Shown here: positions 1 to 9,506 of the stretch, in pieces
Layout of the letters: each line of letters starts with the position of its first letter
How positions within the stretch are numbered: the stretch's first letter is position 1
Virus record (IMG/VR): IMGVR_UViG_3300030118_006581
Coordinates: 1 to 57,887 of that record
Strand: one strand, 5' to 3'
Length of the DNA stretch: 57,887 nt
DNA from: a virus
Lineage: Duplodnaviria; Caudoviricetes
The notes under the pieces: model-generated
Told to the model about the DNA's origin: nothing
The model's database searches: none
Seen by the model: only the letters and a program-made list of their open reading frames with translations
Translations under genes and position numbers: made by a program

Positions 1-1961
1 TCGTCGAATCGACGTGTGTTGTATCCGTCAAGTGAAATACTGTTTAAAATCTTATTTGGGTTGTCAGAAGAGAAAACATAATCTAATCCGAATCCAATAT
101 TTTTTCCTCTTTCATATGTTGGTGAAAAGGTATGTTCCACGGTTGAAAAATTTACCCTCGTAGATCGACTTCTATTATTAGCAAAACCAGTTACCACTGG
201 ATTATCTGCCCGTCCAAAAGGATCTTGTGGATAAAATTTCTCTAGCTTAGAGTATACAAAATGTATGCCAAGATCAATTATGTTTTCTAGATCTTTAATA
301 ATCTGTAAATCAACACGCCCGCCGTTTATCTCAAACTGATTTTGATAATATTGTTCCAATTCTATTGCTTGACCGGATGGACTTAACGCTCCTATAAAGA
401 TGTCATAAGTCTTTACCGTTTCAAATATCTTTTCAGATACGTTGATATTTTCTCCATCAATAGGTGCTGTAATAGATTTTATATCTGCTAATAGTTTCCC
501 CGTGTTGGGATCTGTGATTGAGTCATCACCTGTTAAATAATCATATATTAACTTAGTCGATCTTTTCAAACCATACATTGAATTTGCCAACCTTCGCATC
601 ATATCAGGAGAGTTATCTATTATAGTGCATTCGGCAATATATTGATAAGTTCCATTGTTTTGATAATTAACGTCTTGAGAAGTGCCAAAATTGTCATATC
701 CTTCATAAAAACAGATTCGAGATGTCTCAGGGAGACCCAGTAAATTTACGTTAGCTTTTTCTATTTTTTCAACTAAAACCTTTGGAAACTCCTTGTTCGG
801 TCCTTTAACAGAACTTTTCCCTATGGTCCCAAGATCATTACTTGCTAAGTATCCAGAGGTCTTAACATATTGTCTATACACTTCTACTGAAATTATCGAT
901 GATAGTTTCCGTGGGGATAGATCGCTGCCTCCCGAAATTAAAATCTCTGCAAGTTCATTATTTTTATATACAAATGGAAACAAACCATTCTTTGCTAAAT
1001 ACGCTTGGACATCAAAGGCAAAGATAAATCTATTGTTCTCTTTAGTATCTCGGGTGAGCCATAGATCAGAAAAATAATTTTCCTTTTTTAGAATTTTATT
1101 TATTTCATAATTTTTACTTTTCTGGAAAGTTGTAAAAAGTTCTTCTACTTTATCCGCAATATTTGTATATCTCTTAACTGCAATATCACTTGGTAATTCT
1201 TCAATTATTCTTAATTTGTCTCTATCTACATTTTCCTCAACTTTTTGTTGCCCCATCCCAACAAAAGGGTTTTCTTTTGAAACCGAAATAAAAGTAGTTT
1301 TTCTCCCTAAAGGAGTAACGGATGAAATAATTGTGGTTCCCGTATTGATAGTAAAATTATCTTCAGGATCGTCTTTTAATATATTTGGTATATCAGTATC
1401 GTAAGCAAAAGCATAAAGAGACAACTGCTCTATGTCTTCCATTGTTTCTGGAAGGTCTATTCTTATTAAGTCCAAAAGTGCTATCTGGTTTTTTCTGTTT
1501 GCTATAATTTCATCGATGGCGACATCATAGATAATAATATCTTTAGCTACCGATGAGCCTTCACCTAAGCGAGATATTCGATGAGGAGTCACAAGACTAA
1601 GAGCTTCTAAATCAGTGGATACAGGAGAAAATGGACTAGAAGAATTTAAATATTGTCCTATTTTATTTGTTTGTTGTCTTAAGAAGATATTATATTCCGT
1701 ACTTGTTACGTTATCATCGGCTCCGAGGTCAATATTATTATACTCATTGTAGCGCTGAGAAATGTAATCCATAACCCGTGCTGCTTGTTCTGACACTGCG
1801 AACACCATTCTTAAATTTACTTTTTCTAAATTATCACTTTGACGTGGTAAATGAATGTTAGAAGATACTACTAAGCTATTAATAGTCTTATCGGTGTTTG
1901 TATCCTTCTTTTTTTCAAGCACAATAGAATCAATGCGGATGTCTGATATTAGTTTAGTCAT
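1..1961 (-). CDS. Large hypothetical protein (>650 aa), runs off the left edge; probable virion protein
   Basis: ATG at 1961 (MTKLISDIRIDSIVLEKK...), 5 nt after the stop of the 306-aa gene. Frame is open where spot-checked at both ends. Its absence from the ORF track is what is expected if no stop falls inside the window. Confidence 0.8.
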   Translation of the reverse strand, partial: MTKLISDIRIDSIVLEKKKDTNTDKTINSLVVSSNIHLPRQSDNLEKVNLRMVFAVSEQAARVMDYISQRYNEYNNIDLGADDNVTSTEYNIFLRQQTNKIGQYLNSSSPFSPVSTDLEALSLVTPHRISRLGEGSSVAKDIIIYDVAIDEIIANRKNQIALLDLIRIDLPETMEDIEQLSLYAFAYDTDIPNILKDDPEDNFTINTGTTIISSVTPLGRKTTFISVSKENPFVGMGQQKVEENVDRDKLRIIEELPSDIAVKRYTNIADKVEELFTTFQKSKNYEINKILKKENYFSDLWLTRDTKENNRFIFAFDVQAYLAKNGLFPFVYKNNELAEILISGGSDLSPRKLSSIISVEVYRQYVKTSGYLASNDLGTIGKSSVKGPNKEFPKVLVEKIEKANVNLLGLPETSRICFYEGYDNFGTSQDVNYQNNGTYQYIAECTIIDNSPDMMRRLANSMYGLKRSTKLIYDYLTGDDSITDPNTGKLLADIKSITAPIDGENINVSEKIFETVKTYDIFIGALSPSGQAIELEQYYQNQFEINGGRVDLQIIKDLENIIDLGIHFVYSKLEKFYPQDPFGRADNPVVTGFANNRSRSTRVNFSTVEHTFSPTYERGKNIGFGLDYVFSSDNPNKILNSISLDGYNTRRFD

Positions 1962-1966
1962 AATTA

Positions 1967-2887
1967 TTATCCATCATTCTGTCCGTTCAAATCAAACCCT
2001 GATGCATCTGAAAGTTCACAAGGATCAATTGGGTTTCTATCAACCTTCCTACTATACAATGTTGAGTTAGTTGGTAAAGATATTCCAACAATCTCATCAT
2101 CAACAGAAATGTCTAGAAAAAATTCAACAAAACTATCATTCAGTATTGGAAAAGTGTTGCTGATCTGATCTTCTGTTCCCTGGATCCTGTCAGCTAATGT
2201 GTATGGATCTAATTGATTTGACAATAAACTCGCCTTATCCGATTTATCATTTATAAACCCTAATGACTTATGTAGTCCATCTGTACCCGATACATACACC
2301 TCTATGTCAAAATTGCCGTTTCCTTTAAAAATTGTGTTAAGCTCTTGTACGTCTATGATAAACTTGTCACTATTGATAAGAGTTAAAACTTTATCATCAG
2401 AATCTGGAATATCCATACTTTCATAGTTAATATTAAGGGTTGCGCTCATCTGAGGGATAGTGCTCTCTGCATTATAATTTGCGCCTGGATGAAAACCAAC
2501 GTCACTTATATCTAAAACATTTATTTTCCAAGACGGATTATAAACAGAGTTTGGATCACTATTGCCTAACATTCTGTAAAAAGAGGAATTCCAAACATTG
2601 TCTTGTGAAAAATCATCCCTGTTTCTTGCCGAAGCTAACGAGAAAACTGAACCTGGTGTTGACGTAAATCTTGTTACAGGTTTAAGCCTAGGGGTCTCGT
2701 TAGCGATCCTATTTGTCACTTGATTCTGGGTCTCTGTTATACTAGCATAAGATCCATCATAAAGAATTGACTTGTCATAAAAAGCGTAATATGCTGGTGA
2801 CAAAGTTCCACTGGCGAACTGTTGTCTGCCATACGGCGTAAGTTCGATATTTATTACTTCTTCTTTTTGATCGAAAAAACGGACCAT
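1967..2887 (-). CDS. Hypothetical virion/baseplate-region protein (306 aa)
   Basis: Long ORF in the structural block; N-terminus FFDQKEEVINIELTPYGR...YYAFYD resembles structural proteins of large myoviruses. Function inferred from context. Confidence 0.6.
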   Translation of the reverse strand: MVRFFDQKEEVINIELTPYGRQQFASGTLSPAYYAFYDKSILYDGSYASITETQNQVTNRIANETPRLKPVTRFTSTPGSVFSLASARNRDDFSQDNVWNSSFYRMLGNSDPNSVYNPSWKINVLDISDVGFHPGANYNAESTIPQMSATLNINYESMDIPDSDDKVLTLINSDKFIIDVQELNTIFKGNGNFDIEVYVSGTDGLHKSLGFINDKSDKASLLSNQLDPYTLADRIQGTEDQISNTFPILNDSFVEFFLDISVDDEIVGISLPTNSTLYSRKVDRNPIDPCELSDASGFDLNGQNDG

Positions 2888-2891
2888 ATCT

Positions 2892-2897
2892 TAAATA
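2892..2897 (-). promoter_or_regulatory. Candidate late-promoter element TATTTA, 4 nt before ATG
   Basis: GA-TATTTA-AGAT-ATG; same geometry at four other genes. Confidence 0.55.
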
Positions 2898-2910
2898 TCC
2901 TCAAACATTA

Positions 2911-5900
2911 TTATTTGTTGCCCGCTTTTTCGTCAATGACAGCTTGTGTTAGTTTAGCCTCAACCTCTTCATACTCTTTATCAAGGTCAGGACGGAAACC
3001 AACCTTAGAGTCAATTTTAATAGCCTCAACTAATGAACAGTAATCATAAGGCCAATTAAATGTTGGGTTATCCAAAGAGTGTTTTGAGATGTATGCATTT
3101 TTAGCAAAGTCATCCCTATCGCCCAAGATCCTTTCCACTTGATCACTGGGGAGTCCCTGAAGAGTTAAGAACTCTTTGGAATTATCGTAACCGAGAGCAT
3201 TTGGTCCATCTACCTCTTGTATAATCATTTCACCATAAGTTGATATACCTTTTTGCTTAACCTTAAACACAAGCCATTTAATTTCCGGGAAGAACCCTTG
3301 TTTACAGGCTTTCTCTGCTATGTCTAAAAGGTCATATCGTGGGATACCGTCTCTCACTGCTCCCACATTGATCTGCTCCTTGAGTACCTCTGGGAACTGT
3401 TGTGGTGTTTCTTCTACGTTTGTCCCCGGCATATAATGATCTATGGCAGAAAAACTAAAATTCATTTTTCGTGATAGGTCTGGCATAATTCCTTGCCAGA
3501 TATCAGCAAGATCCTGCTTTGTTAAAGTAGCACGATGCTCCATTAAATATATGACGGGTATTTGAGTTATATCCTCACCTGCCATTATTTCATCGTATTC
3601 ATCTCCGCCAAAGGGATTAATGGTTCTTGGAATAGAAGGATAACCCTTTGGAACCAAACCAATTAATTTTTGAGCTAAGGCTGGTGGGAATGAGTATTTT
3701 GTAAAGTTCTTTCGGAACTCTTTTATTTTTGGTCCCAATTCTGATGGATTACACTGTAATGTTATCAGCTTGGGTTCGCCGTTCTCATCTAGATAAAATG
3801 GTAATGCTACAACACCCTCAGATATTGAATTTTCTCCATCCTCTGCTAGTTCTCCTAATCTTTTAGCTTTTGTGGGATCAAAGCCTTTTCGAATGATTTC
3901 CTTGCTATCAAAACCACACAAATCAGCTAAAGAATCTACAGATCTATTTGAATCAATTACAAACTTAGGTATCTTTTTAACGTAATTGTAACGTCCGGTA
4001 TTTGTAGCAGTGACATTTGCTACCAGATCATATTCTTCATCGGCTCCGGTTGGGATATCTTTTATATACATATATACACCCTCGCCTTCGTCGGGTGTAG
4101 AGCCGTATTGATGCCACATACCTTGAGCAGAACTTGTAAATTCGGAAGCGTTGACTGACGATGAAAAGTTATATCCCACTGTCGTAGATGCAGGAATAAC
4201 TGAAGTTGCTGCTGCTCCGCCAGCAAATGGACCCCCAACAGTCATAGATGATGGGGAGATTGGTCCCCCCACAATATTCCTAATGACGCTTCCATTTATT
4301 GCTGTCCCAACAACACTGCAAGTAAGTGCTATAAGAGTATCTGTATGAACCGCCTGGACATCAAGGTCACCATTGCTAAATGCAAAATTAATTCCCGAAG
4401 CGATCTGTTGGGCAGCCGCTGAATCTTTGTCTACTAAAGACGAACTAAATGCTATTAAATATTCTGTCGCTGAAGCTCTCAAATTAGAAGTCTCTGCGCC
4501 AGCTAAGATAAATTCAACAGCATTAGAACTTCCTGTAATGGCAAATGATTCCAAGGAGTCTGCTGCGGTCAACAAAGCGTCATAATCAACCACCGTCATA
4601 GATGCAGTAGCTGCGGTGCCCGAGGTAGCTGGAATTTCTGGTGTTCTTATTATATTCGGAAAATCTAATATTGGACTTTCCCATTTTGGCATAATTGTCC
4701 ATTTGTTAGGATCTGATGATTTATATGAAGACCCCGCCGAAGTTGCAAACTCATTCCCTATATTAATTGAGGCGTCAATATCCATTCTGTTTAGCCACGC
4801 CCTATTCCATAAATAAGCTGGTGTTGTCGTTGTCGTGAGTGTATTTCCATAAGAGTCAACAAATGATCCTGAAGTTGCATCATAATAACTTCCGCTTTCG
4901 TTTAAGAAGTCAATGAAAACTTCGCCTCGATCATTATCCAAAATTTCATTTAGAGTATATTCTTTTTTATCCCCAGTTGGCATAAAAGTGATTCGAGCTA
5001 ACGATGGTCCATAATAATACGGCGGCGCAAAAGGTGCGTACTCACCTCGGTGCTTAGGCCAATTAGAGCCCGAAGGTGTCCAAGAGCCTGAAGCTGCAAC
5101 GACTTCCCAGGGCTTATAAATGTAGCTTGTATTTGTTGAAGGTCCAAACGCAGCAGGGTTACTGTACATATTAAATTGATCAGTCTTCATTAGACCAATT
5201 TCCATCATATATGCTTTTTTAGGATCGACAGCCACTGTTCGAGCCGCTGTAGTAACTTCTTGAGACCCCTTAGAGGGATTACCAAACTGAGAGACAAATT
5301 TAGTCAACTTTCCAGGAGAACCAAACTTGTTGTTTTTAGTTTTTAAGAAAAACTGTGGTACGTTTGCTATAAAGTTTGACACTGCCTTTTTATATAAATT
5401 ATTTGAGTCAATTGCGCCCTCTGAAAACGAAGCGGTGACTTTAAGATGCAAAAAGGCATTAATGTCTGACATCACTGTTGCTTGTGAGCCGGTTAATGTT
5501 TCTAGATCCGCACTCAAGTAATCTTCAGGTGACAGAATTGATTCAAAAGGTAACCTATCAGCCCAATATAAAGCATTTACATCAGGATTAGACCAATCAA
5601 AATTATTTCTATTTCTTCGACTGTTTCCTGGTATCACACCGTTAGATGCAGCACCGCCTGTTATATTACCATACAGGGCTCCAAAAAGTGGATGACCAAT
5701 TTTATATTGTGGTAGTAGTGGATCGGCTTGGATCGCTTGCTGTTTTCCAAATCCCCCAGAGTTTCGGTTGACTCTGCGGATAGGATAGTCTACAGCGATC
5801 CCCGATTTAATTGAATTATACATAATACCAGGCGCAAAATATGGTCTGAGCAATGCTCTCCATTGGCTTCGTTCGCCAGCTTCCGACCCCGTAAATAAAG

Positions 5901-8900
5901 CATAAGGAGCATAAGACTGTGAGAACAAAGTTGATATTTCTAATGTTCTGTTAACTGGATAGAAACCATTATATGGTAAAAGTTTTATGATGGCGTCGGA
6001 ACTGATTTCTAAATGTCGTGGATAGTTGTTAAAAATAAAGTTTACATCACCCTTATCATATGACATAAAGTCAGACAAAAATTCCATATTGTCTGTAGTC
6101 GCATATCTAGTATAAAAGTTTGTATTTGTGCCATCAAAGTTGGTTGTGTTTGCACCCGTTATCTCAAGTGACGACGAAATAGCAGTAAATACAGAACGAT
6201 TAGTTTTAAATTGAGATATATGCTCACTTACACGATATTCAGGAACAATAGTGTGAGCCTTTGCTTTTAACCTAAGATCTTGAGCCCAATCTTCGTAGCT
6301 ATTATAAAATGGATATTCTCTAGGAGCAAGAAGACCTTTACTTTCACCATCAACATATAGTCGCTCAGAGCCAGCAGTCCAAGGCGGTCTAGAAAAAGGT
6401 CCCCCTGGAATACGAGGCTCAGCAGAAGCAGACCCGAAATTTGGCTTGCTAGCTGATCCCAGATTTCCAGTTACAAAAGCTATACTATAAACATATTGAG
6501 AGGACACTATGTCTGATAGAGTATAAGTGCTAAGACTACTTGTATTATATACAGGATTGCTATCTGTCATGCGATCCTCTACTGTTCCAAAATTGGTCAT
6601 CATAAGTTCACCACAAGCAGTGGTAGATTGATCAGCCAAAATTACAGGCGCAGAAAATGCTCCTGTGTTGAAAGTTGCCCCAGCGTAAGTATGGGATAAA
6701 TCAGACCACAGATAAGAATCCATTGGCCACATAGAGGCAGTGCCTGGAACGGATGCTGCGGCAATTTGTGTTGATGGATTTCGTGGATTGTATGGAAGTT
6801 GATCTCTTCGTCGAACCACGTATCCTTGGGATGTAGTAAACGGTGCAACTAGTCTTGGTGCTTGTCGATTGTCTCTTTTCTCTATTGAGGGAAGATAAAA
6901 CAAAACATCAAAGTTATTATAAAAAGTTGTCACAGTATCAATAAAAGCGTCATTTCTCCAGTATGAGTTTTGAAATGCTAGACGAGCACGACTACCAGAA
7001 GTATAAGTATTAATCTCTCTTGGGAAGATGGTCTCATTGTAAGCAAACATTTTTATCATATTGATGCCATTTACAGAGGCATTTGTGTCGCTATTTTTTT
7101 GTTCCCGTAAAACTTCATATGGTCGCTTGATCTTGTTAAAAGCAAACTTAACATCGCCTTTAAGTTGCCTGTTAAGTTCACGGTTTGCAAAACCCATTAA
7201 CGAATTGCCGTAACTGTATTCTAACCCAAGAGTTATTTTATTGTCCGTAGTATCAGAAGGTGACCCTATAAAAGTCTCTATTTGGTGTGTCAAGGGTTTA
7301 TATTTAGAAGTTATTGGCGGCTCAGTAATTTGCTGCGAATAAAAAGTTGTTATTGTATTACCTGCTTGATCCGTTGTGGTTTTAGAGTTTGTTGATGCGG
7401 CATTATTAACTGCATTGTTACTGAATATTGTTTGGGGCAACAAATCATAGGTGTTGGTTTTTCTTAAATTACGAGCAGCATTTTTATATTGTGCTCCCAA
7501 TTGCGCCCACGGTGCGCTATATGGTGTACCATAATCAGTCCAAACATAATGCACTAGACCATCCGAAGCTGTATATGCAGACCTGCCAAAAGGTGTAGAT
7601 AGGGCTGCTTTTGTTAGGAAAATATGTTCTGGATATTTAGACCCAGACAAAACATAGTTGCTGTATGTATTAGTGTTGGAACCCGACAAAGAGAAAAACC
7701 ACTGAGTGCTGTCTCCAGCCGGAATTGGTCTATTGAAGAAATAAGTGTCAAAAAGATTCCCTGTTACAAATGTGTTATTAGAGGAGACTATACGCTGTGT
7801 CTCATTTCTTTGTACCTTATAAACTGCTGCTATAGTAGCACTAGTGCCAGATTCAAAACCTCCAAATAAAGTATGAGTCCCAAGCTTTTTCAGATAAGGC
7901 ATACGCACTGCCAAGTTTCTAAAAGGCAGTGCAGAATTAGGAGAAAATTGATCAGAGGCTACGTCTCTAAATTGCTGCTTGGAAGTCTGTTTTCCGCCAG
8001 GAGCGCTGAACCGATTAACGAAAATGGTGTCATTAGTTCTACGTGATGCTATTTGACGAGGTGCTGGGTAGTCTGCTGAACCTACAAGCCCTGCTGTTCT
8101 TCTGGCTGGGGTTGTGATAAAAGCACTTGGGGCACTGTAGTTATAATTGACAGTATTAAATGCCAGGTCCATATTAGTTGCTGCACGGTTAGCAGTCTGG
8201 ACTACTTCATAGTTTTTGACATAGTTGCCAACCACTCTAACGCTATCAGAAGTAAATAATGTTTTTATGTTCCCAATATTTACTGGTGCTTTGGGACCAA
8301 GACCTCTTAGGTACTTCCCTTGAGGATTACCAACCGTAGGTTCATTCATGGTCCTTGATATATCCCTGCCTCCACTAAATGTAGGTGTCGGAGTTACAAT
8401 ACCAGACGCAACCGCATTTCCACCAAAAGCTGTGCCATTGTCTCTCGTTCCTACAAACGTGCCTTTTACATTAACATAATTAAATCCTGGTACTCCGTTA
8501 TAAACTACGGTGATCGGTAGATTGTCCGCAGAGGCAGCCAGGGTTAAACTTCTGGATATTGCGTCAGCAGCGCTATCAGAATCAAGTGCATCTTTAATGC
8601 CCATAACTGTTTTAGTTGAATCCGCTATATTGACGGCATCACTAAACGTTGCTGAAAAAGATATTCCTCCAAGTGTCAAGGTTAATACTTTGCCATTAAA
8701 GCCGTCAGCGATGGGATCTGCTCCTACATCAACTTCTATGAGGCTTTGTGCTATAAGTCCAGGATCTAACGTAATATTGAATGACTCTTGTCGTTCCGTA
8801 GTTCTTAGTGGTGCATTATGTCGAGAAAGAATCCCACCCACATACCTTTCAGTAAATGGTCCCTGGAGGGGTACTTCTCCCTGGTAAGACTGAATTTTGT

Positions 8901-9480
8901 CATCATGTAAATTAGCAAAGTCCACATTACCAAAACCATTTGCAGCCAAGGTCGCTTGGTAACCATCCGTTACACTCGAACTAAAAAGACTGAACGGTAC
9001 AACCTCTTCGCTGTTGTATGTTTTTCCATCTATGGTTACACCAAAAGACACTCTCTTTTTGGTATTTGGATATATTTCATTCCTGATATTAAGTTCTTGG
9101 TCAAAAGCTGTGAACGTCTTATCACCTAGGTGATATTTCTTATTCAGTGGTTGATTACTACCACCTCGAATTGGATTATCAATTTCGGCATCTAAATTAT
9201 AAATCCTTCTCCTATCGGATTCCTTTTGAACTTCTCTTTTAACTGATTGTCTAGTATAGAGAACATCTCCGGATGATGATAGGGGAGCAACATACCTTGG
9301 TGCTCTTTCTTTCCACCATATGGCATTATCCGCCTGATTAAGCGGAGTGGGTGCGTGATTAAAAGACCACCCATGTGATCCTTGAAGATTAAGTCTTACC
9401 TTACTCCGCTGATTTGATCCACCTATAATTCGCTTTGAGGGCTTTGGTGGAGCGGAGTTTATAATAGTTTTATTAGCCAT
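2911..9480 (-). CDS. Giant virion structural protein (2189 aa)
   Basis: Ser/Thr/Gly/Asn-rich, beta-rich composition; downstream of baseplate wedge genes; two internal modules ending in F(S/A)GG. Confidence 0.65.
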   Translation of the reverse strand: MANKTIINSAPPKPSKRIIGGSNQRSKVRLNLQGSHGWSFNHAPTPLNQADNAIWWKERAPRYVAPLSSSGDVLYTRQSVKREVQKESDRRRIYNLDAEIDNPIRGGSNQPLNKKYHLGDKTFTAFDQELNIRNEIYPNTKKRVSFGVTIDGKTYNSEEVVPFSLFSSSVTDGYQATLAANGFGNVDFANLHDDKIQSYQGEVPLQGPFTERYVGGILSRHNAPLRTTERQESFNITLDPGLIAQSLIEVDVGADPIADGFNGKVLTLTLGGISFSATFSDAVNIADSTKTVMGIKDALDSDSAADAISRSLTLAASADNLPITVVYNGVPGFNYVNVKGTFVGTRDNGTAFGGNAVASGIVTPTPTFSGGRDISRTMNEPTVGNPQGKYLRGLGPKAPVNIGNIKTLFTSDSVRVVGNYVKNYEVVQTANRAATNMDLAFNTVNYNYSAPSAFITTPARRTAGLVGSADYPAPRQIASRRTNDTIFVNRFSAPGGKQTSKQQFRDVASDQFSPNSALPFRNLAVRMPYLKKLGTHTLFGGFESGTSATIAAVYKVQRNETQRIVSSNNTFVTGNLFDTYFFNRPIPAGDSTQWFFSLSGSNTNTYSNYVLSGSKYPEHIFLTKAALSTPFGRSAYTASDGLVHYVWTDYGTPYSAPWAQLGAQYKNAARNLRKTNTYDLLPQTIFSNNAVNNAASTNSKTTTDQAGNTITTFYSQQITEPPITSKYKPLTHQIETFIGSPSDTTDNKITLGLEYSYGNSLMGFANRELNRQLKGDVKFAFNKIKRPYEVLREQKNSDTNASVNGINMIKMFAYNETIFPREINTYTSGSRARLAFQNSYWRNDAFIDTVTTFYNNFDVLFYLPSIEKRDNRQAPRLVAPFTTSQGYVVRRRDQLPYNPRNPSTQIAAASVPGTASMWPMDSYLWSDLSHTYAGATFNTGAFSAPVILADQSTTACGELMMTNFGTVEDRMTDSNPVYNTSSLSTYTLSDIVSSQYVYSIAFVTGNLGSASKPNFGSASAEPRIPGGPFSRPPWTAGSERLYVDGESKGLLAPREYPFYNSYEDWAQDLRLKAKAHTIVPEYRVSEHISQFKTNRSVFTAISSSLEITGANTTNFDGTNTNFYTRYATTDNMEFLSDFMSYDKGDVNFIFNNYPRHLEISSDAIIKLLPYNGFYPVNRTLEISTLFSQSYAPYALFTGSEAGERSQWRALLRPYFAPGIMYNSIKSGIAVDYPIRRVNRNSGGFGKQQAIQADPLLPQYKIGHPLFGALYGNITGGAASNGVIPGNSRRNRNNFDWSNPDVNALYWADRLPFESILSPEDYLSADLETLTGSQATVMSDINAFLHLKVTASFSEGAIDSNNLYKKAVSNFIANVPQFFLKTKNNKFGSPGKLTKFVSQFGNPSKGSQEVTTAARTVAVDPKKAYMMEIGLMKTDQFNMYSNPAAFGPSTNTSYIYKPWEVVAASGSWTPSGSNWPKHRGEYAPFAPPYYYGPSLARITFMPTGDKKEYTLNEILDNDRGEVFIDFLNESGSYYDATSGSFVDSYGNTLTTTTTPAYLWNRAWLNRMDIDASINIGNEFATSAGSSYKSSDPNKWTIMPKWESPILDFPNIIRTPEIPATSGTAATASMTVVDYDALLTAADSLESFAITGSSNAVEFILAGAETSNLRASATEYLIAFSSSLVDKDSAAAQQIASGINFAFSNGDLDVQAVHTDTLIALTCSVVGTAINGSVIRNIVGGPISPSSMTVGGPFAGGAAATSVIPASTTVGYNFSSSVNASEFTSSAQGMWHQYGSTPDEGEGVYMYIKDIPTGADEEYDLVANVTATNTGRYNYVKKIPKFVIDSNRSVDSLADLCGFDSKEIIRKGFDPTKAKRLGELAEDGENSISEGVVALPFYLDENGEPKLITLQCNPSELGPKIKEFRKNFTKYSFPPALAQKLIGLVPKGYPSIPRTINPFGGDEYDEIMAGEDITQIPVIYLMEHRATLTKQDLADIWQGIMPDLSRKMNFSFSAIDHYMPGTNVEETPQQFPEVLKEQINVGAVRDGIPRYDLLDIAEKACKQGFFPEIKWLVFKVKQKGISTYGEMIIQEVDGPNALGYDNSKEFLTLQGLPSDQVERILGDRDDFAKNAYISKHSLDNPTFNWPYDYCSLVEAIKIDSKVGFRPDLDKEYEEVEAKLTQAVIDEKAGNK

Positions 9481-9484
9481 TTAG

Positions 9485-9490
9485 TAACTA
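9485..9490 (-). promoter_or_regulatory. Candidate late-promoter element TAGTTA, 4 nt before ATG
   Basis: AC-TAGTTA-CTAA-ATG. Confidence 0.55.
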
Positions 9491-9506
9491 GTTCCTTGTC
9501 TAATAT

